64,000 nt of DNA, from positions 17,360,001 through 17,424,000 of the forward strand of contig OZ024745.1 of assembly GCA_964016885.1 (NCBI GenBank). The letters run 5' to 3'. Numbering within the stretch: the stretch's first letter is position 1; each line of letters starts with the position of its first letter. Positions 44,007-57,030 of this stretch are shown in pieces. Under the pieces are notes generated by a model. That model was not told the DNA's origin. It saw nothing but the letters and a program-made list of their open reading frames with translations, and made no database searches. Source of the DNA: Eledone cirrhosa (lineage: Eukaryota). A program made the translations under genes and the position numbers.

Positions 44007-45400
44007 ATTGCTATGTAAAGATACAAATTAACCCATATTATTTGAAGAGATTAAAATATTTAAAAAATAGAAATCTAATTAATTTATATATAAACAGCAA
44101 AAATTCACCGAACAGGAAGCGCGATATTACGTGCGCTTGTAAAGATATTAAAAACGACTAATACAATACATTACAAAATGAAGTATACATTTTAAGACGT
44201 TTCTTCTTTGAGGGAAACAAGAAAAAATGTTTCTAATGAATAACACTGTTTCTGAACAAAATAAAATATAAACGAAATAACATTATTTTGTGATCCAAAT
44301 CACTTTTAAGCTTTAAAAAAATATAAGCAAGAATAATGTATAACATCTATGTCTAAATTATTTTATTAGCGGGAAATTATAGTAGAATTAAAACTTTAAA
44401 AACTTCAGCTATAATTTCATAAAGGAAAATTTATTAATCAATATATTTTGATGGAAAACTAATTTATAAATAGCAAATGGCAATTGATATTTCGTTCATA
44501 ATGGCAATAAAAATCTTTATTGAATTAATTGAATGAATTATAAATCTGTGATGATTTCAACAATAATTACCATAGCATGATTATAACAAAATGTAATTTA
44601 GTTCATAATTGTTAGAATACCACTCAGTTTTAGTCACATAGATGCCTGAAATAAAAAAGATTTACTGTATGAAAATACAATGAAATCCAGTGGAATTGGT
44701 GCTTAGAAGAAACCGGGTGAGGAAATAATGCTGGTACACATTGTCAAACCATATATATATAATCACAATTCAAAATTATTGTTTTATTTAATATGCAAAG
44801 ACAAACCCCTACATGGATTGAAGATTGCATTTTGCTCAATTGGGGACTTCACTAAAGTATATATGGGGGCACTATATAATACAATTAAATATCACATTAT
44901 GTTAAGAAATAAATAATATAAATAAGTATAACTTGTTACTTGAAAGTAAAATACGCATTTATTATGGAATATTCAAGATAAAATTATTAATATATAATTG
45001 AATTACGAGGATGGCGCTATGATGTCGTTCGACCCAATATAAATAAACAAGAAATGTTTGCCTAATAAATTCCACGATAGAAACTCACAAACAGCAGGTG
45101 ATTATGGATGTCACTATTGCGCAAATGTTGTCCTATAGAAGCCGCGTGACTGAAATCTTATGGCATACATACATATATATATACGATCGTAAAATGATGA
45201 TTTTTTTAATATAAGGAACTGTTTCTTTGTTTTTATTCATTGTTTTTATTAATTTATCTTGACTCTATTTTCCTGTGATTTTCATCGAAAATACATCTTC
45301 TCTTTTCATGATATTTGGATTATATTGAGTTCTTCATACGGATTGAACACTACCGTATATTTTTGGTAGATTTATCTACATATATATATATATATATATA

Positions 45401-45856
45401 TACGATATTAATAAATGGAAACTATATTTATAAAACCATATTTATTTCATTATACATATTTCAGGGATACCAAATAAAATTATGGTATGCCTTCATCAGA
45501 CAAAATACAATATATAACAGTTTTACAAATAAGCTTTGACGTACCCTTTTAAAATGCAACCATTATTTTTGGAAGCCAATTCACTATCCAGATGGCTTCT
45601 AAAAATAATGGTTGCACTTTAAAAGGGTACGTCAAAGCTTATTTGTAAAACTGTTATATATTGTATTTTGTCTGTTGAAGGCATACCATAATTTAATTTG
45701 GTATCCCTGAAATATGTATAATGAAATAAATATGGTTTTATAAATATAGTTTCCATTTATTAATATCGTATATCTACTCCAAATACTTGTCGAGTGCTTT
45801 ATATCAGTTATAAAAATATTTACTTGTTGTATCCCAAGAATTTTAAATAGAACTTT

Positions 45857-45859
<3 letters not shown>
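45401..45859 (+). mobile_element. Family C fold-back with HHR (intact core at 45443-45507, minus)
   Basis: 45401-45577 is inverted relative to 45594-45772; the right arm extends about 88 nt further; (TA)n flanks. Confidence 0.85.
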
Positions 45860-45896
<37 letters not shown>

Positions 45897-45901
<5 letters not shown>

Positions 45902-46349
45902 TTGCGAGGTTTTTTACATGAAATCGTGTGTCGAAACAGATATTGTTATACTTGGGGAGGGTCATATTTGCGTAATATTGCCAGAATTAATAACAGAACA
46001 CACTCACTGTTTGGTTGGTTTTCGCTTCTCGCTGTCTTTTATTATATCTGCGATCTAACTTACTCGGTCCTCAATGTTGCCATTGACTGACCGGCGGTCA
46101 AAAATAATACAGATACAATATAGACACAAACACATATATATATATATAGTTTACATAATTTACATAAATCTTTCGTTGCACATCTGCAACATCGTCAGTG
46201 GTGTTATATTCATTGTTCCTCCTGTTGTGTTGTATGTCTACGCCATTTTTTATTCAGTCTGTCTACAGCGAAAACCAACCAAACAGTGAGTGTGTTCTGT
46301 TATTAATTCTGGCAATATTACGCAAATATGACCCTCCCCAAGTATAACT
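45897..46349. mobile_element. Family E element with inverted arm and HHR-like core (46171-46198, minus)
   Basis: 46267-46348 is inverted relative to 45944-46026; CTGACGA-tgttgca gatg tgcaac-GAAA. Confidence 0.75.
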
Positions 46350-46452
46350 ATATATATATATATATATATATAACGAAGGAAATGTGGTAAGGAACCAGGT
46401 GGACCATAACGCACCAAAGTACTCAATACTTGAGGTAGTAGAGTGGGTAATA

Positions 46453-46564
46453 GGAACCAGTAAGACCCCGACAGCTGAGCTCAAGCCGTTTCGACGGCTA
46501 ATTCTGGACTAAATGAAAATTTATCCTGGTATTTAAATAGCCGATCTTCTCAAGGGGTAATTCC
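46453..46564 (-). ncRNA. Type I hammerhead ribozyme, U3:A8 variant (sense to the ORF)
   Basis: Mirror of 51287-51398. Confidence 0.8.
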
Positions 46565-46799
46565 ATATATGGTCAAAGTGATTGTCAAAAATCAGTAGTA
46601 ATTCTGTGGTTGCAAATTAGTAGGGGAGATGGTGGCTAAACCTGCCAGTAGGAGAAAGAGGGGAGGGGGTGGAGTAGACCCAATCAAGCGTTGGTAGTGC
46701 CAGCTACAGCTGGGCATGAGGTCAAAGAAGATACAGGGGAGGGGGAGGGGGAGGAAGTCGGAACGGTAGGTAGAACAATGGGGGGTAGAAATAGGAAAG

Positions 46800-46831
<32 letters not shown>

Positions 46832-47680
46832 TGAGAGTGAAGAAAGGCAAATAAGTGTAAAGAAAAAGTAAATTAAATTCTATGACCTAGGTGTCAGGCT
46901 ATTGTTAGGCGAGAATAAAATAAAGAAAGAAAGAAAGAAGTAAAAAAATAAATAAATGAATAAATAAGGAAATAAGTAAGAGAACTAGGTGGGACGGATA
47001 AGGCAAGGACCCTTTTAAGAGGTATAAGTACGTAAATGATACGGTGACGGGTCAACAAAAGGGGCCAAAATACTAAAGAGACTACCACGAAATAAACAAT
47101 AAAGGTTTCCATCCCGGGCCAGCAACGACCCAGTGCAGCAAAGTGAACTTGTACGAGATAATAATTCTGAGTCCCGAGAAAAATATATACTAATGCTAAC
47201 TCTAAAAGATCTAAAACAAGCTACATGAAAGTTCGTACGAAATAAAGGTAGAATACGGAGAAATAAATTCAGAATCCACCCCGCCCAGAAGAAGAGCGAA
47301 GCAAGAAATACTGAAACGAAAAAATAAGGCATGTGCCACTAAGAAATATAGAGGGCACAGAGAATAGTGGGAGCGGTCGGAAAAAGGGGGAAAGTATCCG
47401 GGGTCTAAGCCAGCTGCTATAAAGGGCGGAGTCCGCCAAATCTATCAAAGACTAGGGGAGGGGGGGTGGGGGTACTAAGGCTACATGGGGCCAAAGGGCA
47501 GCCTCGGGTGGGCGAGAAAAGACGCCGACAAAGGAGAAGAGCTGGGGTAGAAGGACAAAGGGGAGAGGGGGGAAGGAAATAAAGGAAGCGATAAAAGAAT
47601 ACAAAGAAGATCTTACGTCTTCCTTGGCAAGCAGGGGTTACCTATTGCAAAATCGGCAACTGGGGTGTTATAGCCCTAGT

Positions 47681-49834
47681 CTACCCCCCCGGGTCATTAT
47701 GGGGTTTGAGGGCGAGGTAAGTCCTACGCAATCTATGTTTACATGCAGTAACCAGTTCATCTTTCTTGTTTAGGAGTTGGTCCGTCGAAAACAGCATTTG
47801 TAAAGTTTCCTCCGAGCATAAATTGCACGGACGGCGTCCTCCCGTGTAAGAATTGGCTCTGGACAGTAATCTCCAAGTGAGATCATAGGTGATGTTGTTG
47901 TCCTTGAGGTCCCATATGTGGCCCGAAAGTGTAGTGGCGTGACGCCGGGCCGGGTTTCGGAAGGTATGTCTATGTTGGTATAGCCGGGTCTTGAAGTCAC
48001 ATGCGGTAAGTCCTATATAGGCTTTGTTGGAGGTATCCGTCCTCACGTTGCACTGGTAGATCACATTACGGTCTCTGCATCTATTGTCGAGTGGGCAAAT
48101 AGATCTATCCGGGCAGTTACACCTCCTGGTCGGTTGTCCACTGCTAATTAGGTTATTTCTGCCATCGGGGTTGAGTTTTTTGTTGTTAGAGGAGACGATG
48201 TTTTGTGCGAAGTTTGGTGTAGTGCTGTAAGAGAGTTTGATGGTATTTTTGTTAATTATGTTGTGGTAGCGGTGTTGTAATGGGAAGTGTTTTTCAATGA
48301 GCCTAAAGAATAGTTTCCCGATGGGAGTAGTCACCTCTGCGTTGTGGGGAGGATTGAACCATGTTACATTGCGTGAGCGGCGGTGTCTCCTGCTGGTTCC
48401 GCTAATGGGAGCTGGACAGTAGGATATTACCTCCCGGAAACCACTCCGCTTGAGGGCCTGGTTGTAATAAGGCGCATGTTCATCGAATATCCGCTCAATA
48501 GCTGACAAACGGGATATGCGGAGGGAGATGTTTTTGACCAGGTTGTTTGTGATGTTCCTAGGATGGTTTGATCGGCGGTGGATGTAGTGCAGATTGTCAT
48601 TAGGTTTCCTGTATGGGTAGTACAGGTCGTTTTCGAGGTCGAGGGTTACGTCCAGGAAGTTTACTCGGGTCAGGGACGTTTGTAGGGTTATTTTAAATCC
48701 CCAGTCGCGGAAGAATCTGATTAATTGTTTCCGGACCCGATCTGTACTACTGGGGTTGTACCCTTTAAGGGTAAGGAGCCCATCATCACGGTACAATCCA
48801 CCACCGAATGCAGGAAACATATCAGTGAGTTTGGCTATTAGGAATAATCCTATAAGATCAGTGACCTCCGCCGAATCCGTGGCGCCCATGCTGACGTCGA
48901 AGGGTGAGTCGGGAGCTCTTTTTATCCATTTAGAGTCGTCAAAGAGTAAGACTGTCTTCCTGGCGTGGAGGATGATTTTTCTTTCCTGGTCGGTGATGGG
49001 CACGAGTGTTTCGGCGAAGTCCAAGGCGGCAGTAAGTAGCGGTAAGGTGATAGAAGCATAGTAGCTCTCTATGTCGAACTGTATGAATTTAGTTTCTCGT
49101 TTATCCTCCATATTGCTGAACCAGGAGATTACTTCCTGGGTGTTGATCCATAGGCTAAGTCGGGTGTGTTGCTTGACTTTTGGTATCACGCGGTCTAGGA
49201 TTATTTTGCTGATTCTCCCTATGTCGGACTTCGTAGGGTTAATAAGCCTGATGGAGGGTTTACGGTCAAAATCGGATTTATGGTCCTTCAGTGTGAAGTA
49301 TGGTGTCCGTGGGTCTAGAGGTTCCGTGCGGTCGGCGACCCCGAGGCTGGAGGTGATTAGTTGTCCATCTCGATTTATGTCCTCGATACAAGAGTGGTTG
49401 GCCTTTTTATAGGTGGAGTTTAGGCTGCTCCTGATCAGTGTGTGGTATCTGTCAGGGTTGACAAAGTATAGGTTCCCAGTTTTATCCGAATGCACCATGA
49501 TGTCATTTGTGTTATCATACTCTGTTAAGTTGCTACGGAGTTTTTGTAGGAATCGGTTGTGTCTGGGTTTAAATTTAATGTTCTTGACCAGTTGGAAGAG
49601 GTCATTCTCGAAGGGTGCGAGCAAGGGGTTCAGGGGAGGAGATTTGTAGGTAATAAATCCGAATCTCTCCTTGGTGCCGAAGTCTTGGTTGTCGCAATAT
49701 CTGTCATAGAAAAAAGTTCTCCATCTAAGTCTTTTCGCAAATAGATCAATTTTTTGCGTGAGCATCCGAAGGTAAAGTTTTTTCGGTGGGATTGGGATGT
49801 TCTTGGTAGAGAAGTCAATGTTGTGTTTTCGCAT
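47681..49834 (-). CDS. PLE reverse transcriptase / GIY-YIG endonuclease, 717 aa
   Basis: SDKTG, FIQFDIESYYASI, VSMGA, GGLYRDDGL, NFLDVTL, WFNPP, CNCPDRSICPLDNRC linker, VIY...AYIGLT...RLYQH, CNLC...CKH. Confidence 0.95.
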   Translation of the reverse strand: MRKHNIDFSTKNIPIPPKKLYLRMLTQKIDLFAKRLRWRTFFYDRYCDNQDFGTKERFGFITYKSPPLNPLLAPFENDLFQLVKNIKFKPRHNRFLQKLRSNLTEYDNTNDIMVHSDKTGNLYFVNPDRYHTLIRSSLNSTYKKANHSCIEDINRDGQLITSSLGVADRTEPLDPRTPYFTLKDHKSDFDRKPSIRLINPTKSDIGRISKIILDRVIPKVKQHTRLSLWINTQEVISWFSNMEDKRETKFIQFDIESYYASITLPLLTAALDFAETLVPITDQERKIILHARKTVLLFDDSKWIKRAPDSPFDVSMGATDSAEVTDLIGLFLIAKLTDMFPAFGGGLYRDDGLLTLKGYNPSSTDRVRKQLIRFFRDWGFKITLQTSLTRVNFLDVTLDLENDLYYPYRKPNDNLHYIHRRSNHPRNITNNLVKNISLRISRLSAIERIFDEHAPYYNQALKRSGFREVISYCPAPISGTSRRHRRSRNVTWFNPPHNAEVTTPIGKLFFRLIEKHFPLQHRYHNIINKNTIKLSYSTTPNFAQNIVSSNNKKLNPDGRNNLISSGQPTRRCNCPDRSICPLDNRCRDRNVIYQCNVRTDTSNKAYIGLTACDFKTRLYQHRHTFRNPARRHATTLSGHIWDLKDNNITYDLTWRLLSRANSYTGGRRPCNLCSEETLQMLFSTDQLLNKKDELVTACKHRLRRTYLALKPHNDPGG

Positions 49835-51286
49835 GGTGCGGGTGAAATGAATTGAGCTTAGACCCGGCTATACCAACATAGACATACCTTCCGAAACCCG
49901 GCCCGGCGTCACGCCACTACACTTTCGGGCCACATATGGGACCTCAAGGACAACAACATCACCTATGATCTCACTTGGAGATTACTGTCCAGAGCCAATT
50001 CTTACACGGGAGGACGCCGTCCGTGCAATTTATGCTCGGAGGAAACTTTACAAATGCTGTTTTCGACGGACCAACTCCTAAACAAGAAAGATGAACTGGT
50101 TACTGCATGTAAACATAGATTGCGTAGGACTTACCTCGCCCTCAAACCCCATAATGACCCGGGGGGGTAGACTAGGGCTATAACACCCCAGTTGCCGATT
50201 TTGCAATAGGTAACCCCTGCTTGCCAAGGAAGACGTAAGATCTTCTTTGTATTCTTTTATCGCTTCCTTTATTTCCTTCCCCCCTCTCCCCTTTGTCCTT
50301 CTACCCCAGCTCTTCTCCTTTGTCGGCGTCTTTTCTCGCCCACCCGAGGCTGCCCTTTGGCCCCATGTAGCCTTAGTACCCCCACCCCCCCTCCCCTAGT
50401 CTTTGATAGATTTGGCGGACTCCGCCCTTTATAGCAGCTGGCTTAGACCCCGGATACTTTCCCCCTTTTCCCGACCGCTCCCACTATTCTCTGTGCCCTC
50501 TATATTTCTTAGTGGCACATGCCTTATTTTTTCGTTTCAGTATTTCTTGCTTCGCTCTTCTTCTGGGCGGGGTGGATTCTGAATTTATTTCTCCGTATTC
50601 TACCTTTATTTCGTACGAACTTTCATGTAGCTTGTTTTAGATCTTTTAGAGTTAGCATTAGTATATATTTTTCTCGGGACTCAGAATTATTATCTCGTAC
50701 AAGTTCACTTTGCTGCACTGGGTCGTTGCTGGCCCGGGATGGAAACCTTTATTGTTTATTTCGTGGTAGTCTCTTTAGTATTTTGGCCCCTTTTGTTGAC
50801 CCGTCACCGTATCATTTACGTACTTATACCTCTTAAAAGGGTCCTTGCCTTATCCGTCCCACCTAGTTCTCTTACTTATTTCCTTATTTATTCATTTATT
50901 TATTTTTTTACTTCTTTCTTTCTTTCTTTATTTTATTCTCGCCTAACAATAGCCTGACACCTAGGTCATAGAATTTAATTTACTTTTTCTTTACACTTAT
51001 TTGCCTTTCTTCACTCTCAGTATTTTTTTTTATTTTTATTTTTTTTTTTTTCTTTCCTATTTCTACCCCCCATTGTTCTACCTACCGTTCCGACTTCCTC
51101 CCCCTCCCCCTCCCCTGTATCTTCTTTGACCTCATGCCCAGCTGTAGCTGGCACTACCAACGCTTGATTGGGTCTACTCCACCCCCTCCCCTCTTTCTCC
51201 TACTGGCAGGTTTAGCCACCATCTCCCCTACTAATTTGCAACCACAGAATTACTACTGATTTTTGACAATCACTTTGACCATATAT

Positions 51287-51553
<267 letters not shown>

Positions 51554-51600
51554 TAGTGAAAAAGAACAAAGGAACTATTATGACATTATAACAAGTTTAT

Positions 51601-51647
51601 TGCCGACAGCCGTTTCGTCCGACCCCATGGTGGGACTTATCAAGGCA
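51601..51647 (-). ncRNA. Minimal type I hammerhead ribozyme, U3:A8 variant
   Basis: tgcc-TTGATAA-gtcc caccatggggtc ggac-GAAA-cggct-GTC-ggca. Confidence 0.8.
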
Positions 51648-52564
51648 TATAACATGTGATTGCAATATCATTGTTTACATCAACGTATCACTCAAGGCTA
51701 GCAGTTTGAAATTGTTGTATACATCAGCAACTCCGCTTTAAGGGGGGCTCTTTTATATTAGTTGTCGGGGTCAGGGATTGAAGTTTAAAAATTAGACAAA
51801 AATATATAATTCACGCATCAACATTAAACCAAGAGACTTGGGGTCCCGTAGAAGCACCTCAGAAAATCCCTCAGTGAGTGCATAAAGCTTACAGGCTCCA
51901 ATACACCTATTAGTCTAGAAGAAAATTAAGAGGCTAATAAAATAAGAAAATAAAAATATAAAGTTTCCCTAAAAAATATATAGAGTTCCTATGAAATTTC
52001 TTCTAGAGAAAAAAAATTTTTCCCGAAGAAAAAAACCTTCTTCCCCCGAGATCAAGTTTACAAAATTCAGAAAACTGAATTGAAAACTATGTTGAAAGAA
52101 ACTAATCAATTAGAGGTTAATTCAGAGAGCCTTCCATAAATCTCTCAGAAAAGGCCCCTTTACTATTTCCAATAGGAACTTCTTCCGAGAGACCCTTCGA
52201 AGAATTAAAATTTTAGAGAGCCTTTGAGGATAAATATAAAAACGAATTGAGGAAAATTATACATTAAAAGTTAAAAATTAAAAATTACGGTATTTGGGAT
52301 ATCCGAGGAATTTTCAAAGGGCTGCTTCAACAGATACAACTTAGGCATAATAGGTACAATAATCTAAGCAATTTAAGCAATTTAATTAGGGAGCAATTCA
52401 AGGAGTTTATCAAGTTGGGCAAGATTAAAGAAAGTGGTAACTAAGAAAATACATAAGCAAAAAGACAATAATCATAAAATGTATCCTCAAGAAGGTACAA
52501 GGTAGCTTCCGTGATCTAACCCTGTATTATCACAAAAAAACATTCTAAAATTATTGATACAGGA

Positions 52565-52720
52565 TTAAAAATTATTACAAAATCATTACAAAATTACCAC
52601 AAAATCATTACAAAATTATCAAATCATCACAAAATTACCACAAAATCATTACAAAACTATCAAATTATCATAAAATTATCGCAAAATTATTACAAAATTA
52701 TCAAAAAATTATTGCAAAAA
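52565..52720. repeat. Degenerate 10-11-bp minisatellite (AAAATTATTAC-like)
   Basis: About 14 visible units. Confidence 0.85.
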
Positions 52721-54028
52721 TATAACAGGATGAACATTACTGGTGACCGTGTGGGCGCGATATCCATTCTGCCTATGTAGTCCCCTGCACAGCTCCAGGC
52801 ACGATATCCACTTGGCGTAAGCAGTCATCTGCATAGCTCCAGGCGCAGCTGGTCTTGTTTAAACGTTCATAGATCACCTGGGGTTCACTATTATCTGCGT
52901 GGACTCTCTGGGAGATGTACCTGTGGATCTAATAGCCAGTGGTTGCCGGATGTGATCCGTTCGATCCTTTAGTTTCAGGGGTTGAACGCTTTCGCGATAG
53001 ACGAGCCTGCTGGTTCTAAGTCCAAGGTTTCGCCACGCATGATGTATTGGTCCACATGCTATATCGTTAAAAAATCAGTGTGGATTTGACTGGGGTGGTA
53101 TATTACGAACTCCAAGTCCACACGCGACTGGTCAAAAGCGAAGGGCTGTCCTCTCTTTGTTTGCTGTATGGGTCGTTCTCAGCTTAGATGGTGGTCGTGC
53201 TATCCATATTCCGTCAGCCCTGTATATTCAAGACAGATCAGGGTATGTATTTGCGGGTATGGTCCTGCGTCTACGTTATCCAGAGGGTCTCGCTTGTGGT
53301 ATTTTCAAGTTCGCATGTCATCTCCCGGTTAAGACTGCGCATGCTTCGGTGAATCTCAAGCATGGAATCTTAGGGTATCATATTACACGGGGTGACCAGC
53401 AGAAAATATACATTCTATGCTATCGCGCACGCGCTGGCCTGTGTCTACGACCGTGTCCAGTCTCGGGTAGTAGCAGACAGCAGGTAGACCAGCTATACAC
53501 ACCCCTGATCAAGGGGCACAACCCCTAACTTATCGAGTGGTCAGACTTCAAGGGAGTCAACTCTCCAAGCCCATTATGTCGACCGTGGTGAAATACAAAA
53601 AAAATTCCTATTAGTAAAGAACTAATCACTGATAATAAAGAACCAGCTCAAAAGAATGGGGGGGGGGCATCTATTTGGGCGGGGGTTTACTAGAGGAGGG
53701 GGTGGGGGTGAGTTGCTATAGGCAGGGAGCGGCCGCCATATTGGGTGTTTTGTTACTGTTTCCCTAGGCAGTTCTCGAGTTTGTTGACATACATCTCCGA
53801 CGGCACCCTCTCAGATTAGTCAACGTGGTTCCAGGCCCTCACGATGTCCTGCATCGCAGGCATTGTTGCCACCAATCCAAGGTTGGCAATTGGGACACAG
53901 GGTCGGCTGTTCCTCACCAGAGTCCCCATCGCCAATCGGGGAGCCGAGGCATCCATGCGGCCGGGGTTACCACAGAGCACCCTGTACGCCAGCGGGGCCG
54001 CCACGTGCAGGACTGGGTGGTGTCATGG

Positions 54029-55135
54029 CTATGTGTCCGGTCTGAAGAAAAAGAAAGAGCTAAGTATGGTATGGGGGCAGGATGAGAAGATTTCTGATCT
54101 CCTGTTGAGCAAGTTGAGCCCTGAGAATACTATGGCATGAGATTCAGATAGGCACAGGCTACAACACCTGCTCAACGAGCTATATGGAGGAGCCTTAGTA
54201 AGGCATCTCCAGCTGAGTGTGTAGGGGTTTTTTGTTTGTTTTAAGCTATATATATGCCCCGCTAACGACGTGGTATTTTTAAGCTTCTCATATCGGAAGC
54301 TATGCTGGTGGGCGTTGAACCTCGTCTTGAACTCATTAGCGGTTGATCCTACGTACGTCTTAGTATACGTGCCTGTGGTTACGTTACAAGCATATACCAC
54401 GTTCCTGATAAGGCAGTGTCCAGCTAGTGGGCATTTGTCCTTCTTTCTGCAATTACACTCTTTAGTAGGGACATGCCCCTCATTCAGGGGTGCATGTCCC
54501 TCCAAGCGGCCGCGGGGCTGCCTAGTGGGACCGGTTCTATTGCCTAATATCCCCCTGGCTCTTTCACTCAGTGGGTTGGTCCCGTGTTGTCGTGTGTGCT
54601 GGCGTGGTTCACTATTTTGGATGGCCTTAAGTCCCTCTTTGATCTTACCCTTATTGGTCTTAGCTAGGTGTGAGGCCAGATTAGGGGTTGTAGAGTACGA
54701 TAGCTTGACTGTATTCTTATTGATGACACTACCGTACCTACTACCCGGGGGGAAGTTCTTATCTATTAAAGAGAAAAAAGATTTGGGGAGGTCTGTAGTA
54801 ACATTAGAGTTGAAGGGCGAGTTAAAGAAGGTACTATCACGTCTTCTATTCCTTCCACTGCATTTCCTATCCCCTATGCAGTTTGCCCTCTCTTCGTCTA
54901 TATTATTACTGGTTCCACCAGGCGTGGTTGCTGTACACCCAGTGGTATGTGCGTTGGTCTCAAGTCTCCTAGGCCTCTGTCCCCCGTTTTCACTGTTGGA
55001 CTTGCTCGGGGCGGCATAGCGCTTACCAGGCGTGCGGGCCCTGTCCGTGTCTGCGTTGCGAGTGTTGCTGTTCTTATCTAACTTCCTATTGTCCTTATTC
55101 GTCTTTCTAGCTCTCCCTCCAACTCCCATGGACAT
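54029..55135 (-). pseudogene. C-terminal PLE fragment: linker plus GIY-YIG, RT core missing
   Basis: FFNSPFN...VKLSYSTTPN...CNCRKKDKCPLAGHC...VVYAC...YVGST...CSLCLSE...CPH. Confidence 0.9.
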
Positions 55136-55162
55136 ATTGTGCGTGATTACAGTGCTGGGCTG

Positions 55163-55248
<86 letters not shown>

Positions 55249-55756
55249 CAATATCGGAGAAAGCTTTTCAGCGATACTCCGGCCAAATTCCAACTCACTC
55301 AACAAACATTAGGAAATAAGTGATTATATTCCCAATTATGCGTTCGGGGTGCTAACTAAAAGTATTGCGTAGAAAATTGGGTGTATTATTTCATATGAGC
55401 CATATCGAATATATCTCTTCCCAGACGGACGTCTCGTTTCATTATAGGATTCCTACAATTTGGGTGAAATTATACCAATTTATGTAGGAACTTGTATACC
55501 ATCAATAGATATATATTCATGTGGGCTCCTATAATTCCTCAGTGGGTGCCCCAATAATACTAATATTGATAATCTAACCAACATCAGTATTTAGCGATAA
55601 TCATCATCAGTGCCTGAGATATCTGTCAGGTTGCTAGTCGAGCAGTTCTAAAGAAATGCTCAAACTGATTCAAAAATGAGGAAGTAAATTACCGCCAAAA
55701 AAAACAATACATGCGCATGACAATGAACTGTAAAAGGAATTCAGGCCATGTGCTAG

Positions 55757-56247
55757 GTGGATTGGCAGTATCGGTAGAAGGTCGGACGCCATGCTTTCCA
55801 GCATAGTTACGTCCCTTTACGATCTGAGTTCAAATCCCGCCGAGGTTGACTTTGCCTTTCATCCTTACGGGGTCGATAAAATAAAGTACCAGTAATGCAC
55901 TGGTAATTGCTGGCCTTGTGCCTAAAGTAGAAACAATAATTGACAGTATCGCGAGAGGATTGGACGCCAAGCTTTGCAGCTTAGAGTTACGTCCCTTTAC
56001 GTTCTGAGTTCAAATCCCGCTGAAGTTAAACTTTGCCTTTCATCCTTATGGGATTGATAAAATAAAGTACCAGTAATGCACTGGGTAATTGCTGGCCTTG
56101 TGCCTAAAGTAGAAACAATTATTTTTATTATATTATATACATATACTTTATATTACATTATATAAATATTATATATATACCATACATATATATATATACA
56201 TATATACATATACTTTATATTACATTATATAAATATTATATATATAC

Positions 56248-56326
<79 letters not shown>

Positions 56327-57030
56327 GTGTGTGTGTCCGTGTGTGTGTGTGTTTGTGTGTGTGTGTGTATATATATATGTTTATATATATATATATATTT
56401 AATTTTAATAATTAATATATATATATATAAATTATATTTTAATAATTGTTTCTAGTTGAGGTACAAGGCCATCAGGCTTTGGTGGTAGGGTAATCACTTA
56501 AATTGACTCTAATACATAACTGGTAGTTTATCTTATCAACTCCAGAAGGATGACAAGCAAAGGTGGCCTCGACTGGATTTGAAATCAGAGCATAAAAAGC
56601 TGAAACAAATGTTGTAAAGTATTTTACTTAATGCTGTAACTACTTTGCCAATCCACCACACTTATTTGATTTTAATAATTGTTTCTACTTTTGGCACAAG
56701 GCCAGCAATTCTCTAGTGAATTACTCATACTTTATTTTATCGACCCGTAAGGATGAAAGGCAAAGTTAACCTCAGCGGGATTTGAACTCAGATCATAAAA
56801 GGCCGTAACTCTTTGCTGCAAATGACAGTTCATTATTATCATCGTGCATTGGCAGTATTGGTAGAGGGTCGGACGCCATGCTTTGACTTATAGAGTTACG
56901 GCCCTTGCCATTCTGAGTTCAAATCCTGCCAAGGTTAACTTTGCCTTTCATCCTTACGGGGTCGATAAAATAAATTACCAGTAATGTACTGGGTAATTGC
57001 TGGCCTTGTGCCTAACTTAGAAACAATTAT
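55757..57030. mobile_element. SINE cluster: tandem pair 55757-56122 (+), 56444-56660 and 56675-56820 (-), 56849-57030 (+)
   Basis: OK/Nin-like core in each copy. Confidence 0.8.

Noticed and set aside
45401-45859. Fold-backs as MITEs or miRNA hairpins
   Set aside because: Arms are asymmetric, of variable length, carry HHR motifs and match PLE termini.
47015-47332. 105-aa hydrophobic ORF duplicated at 50519-50836
   Set aside because: Lies in the T-rich 3' region; the duplication is just the inverted arm; no evidence of coding.
47681-49834. Selenocysteine recoding as reported for some Naiad elements
   Set aside because: The ORF has no in-frame TGA, and the finger positions I checked in the other copies are not TGA either.
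52565-52720. CRISPR-like array
   Set aside because: Contiguous short units without unique spacers; eukaryotic context.
54270-55019. 249-aa antisense ORF (also 48756-49649 +)
   Set aside because: Shadow frames of the PLE coding strand with no recognisable motifs.
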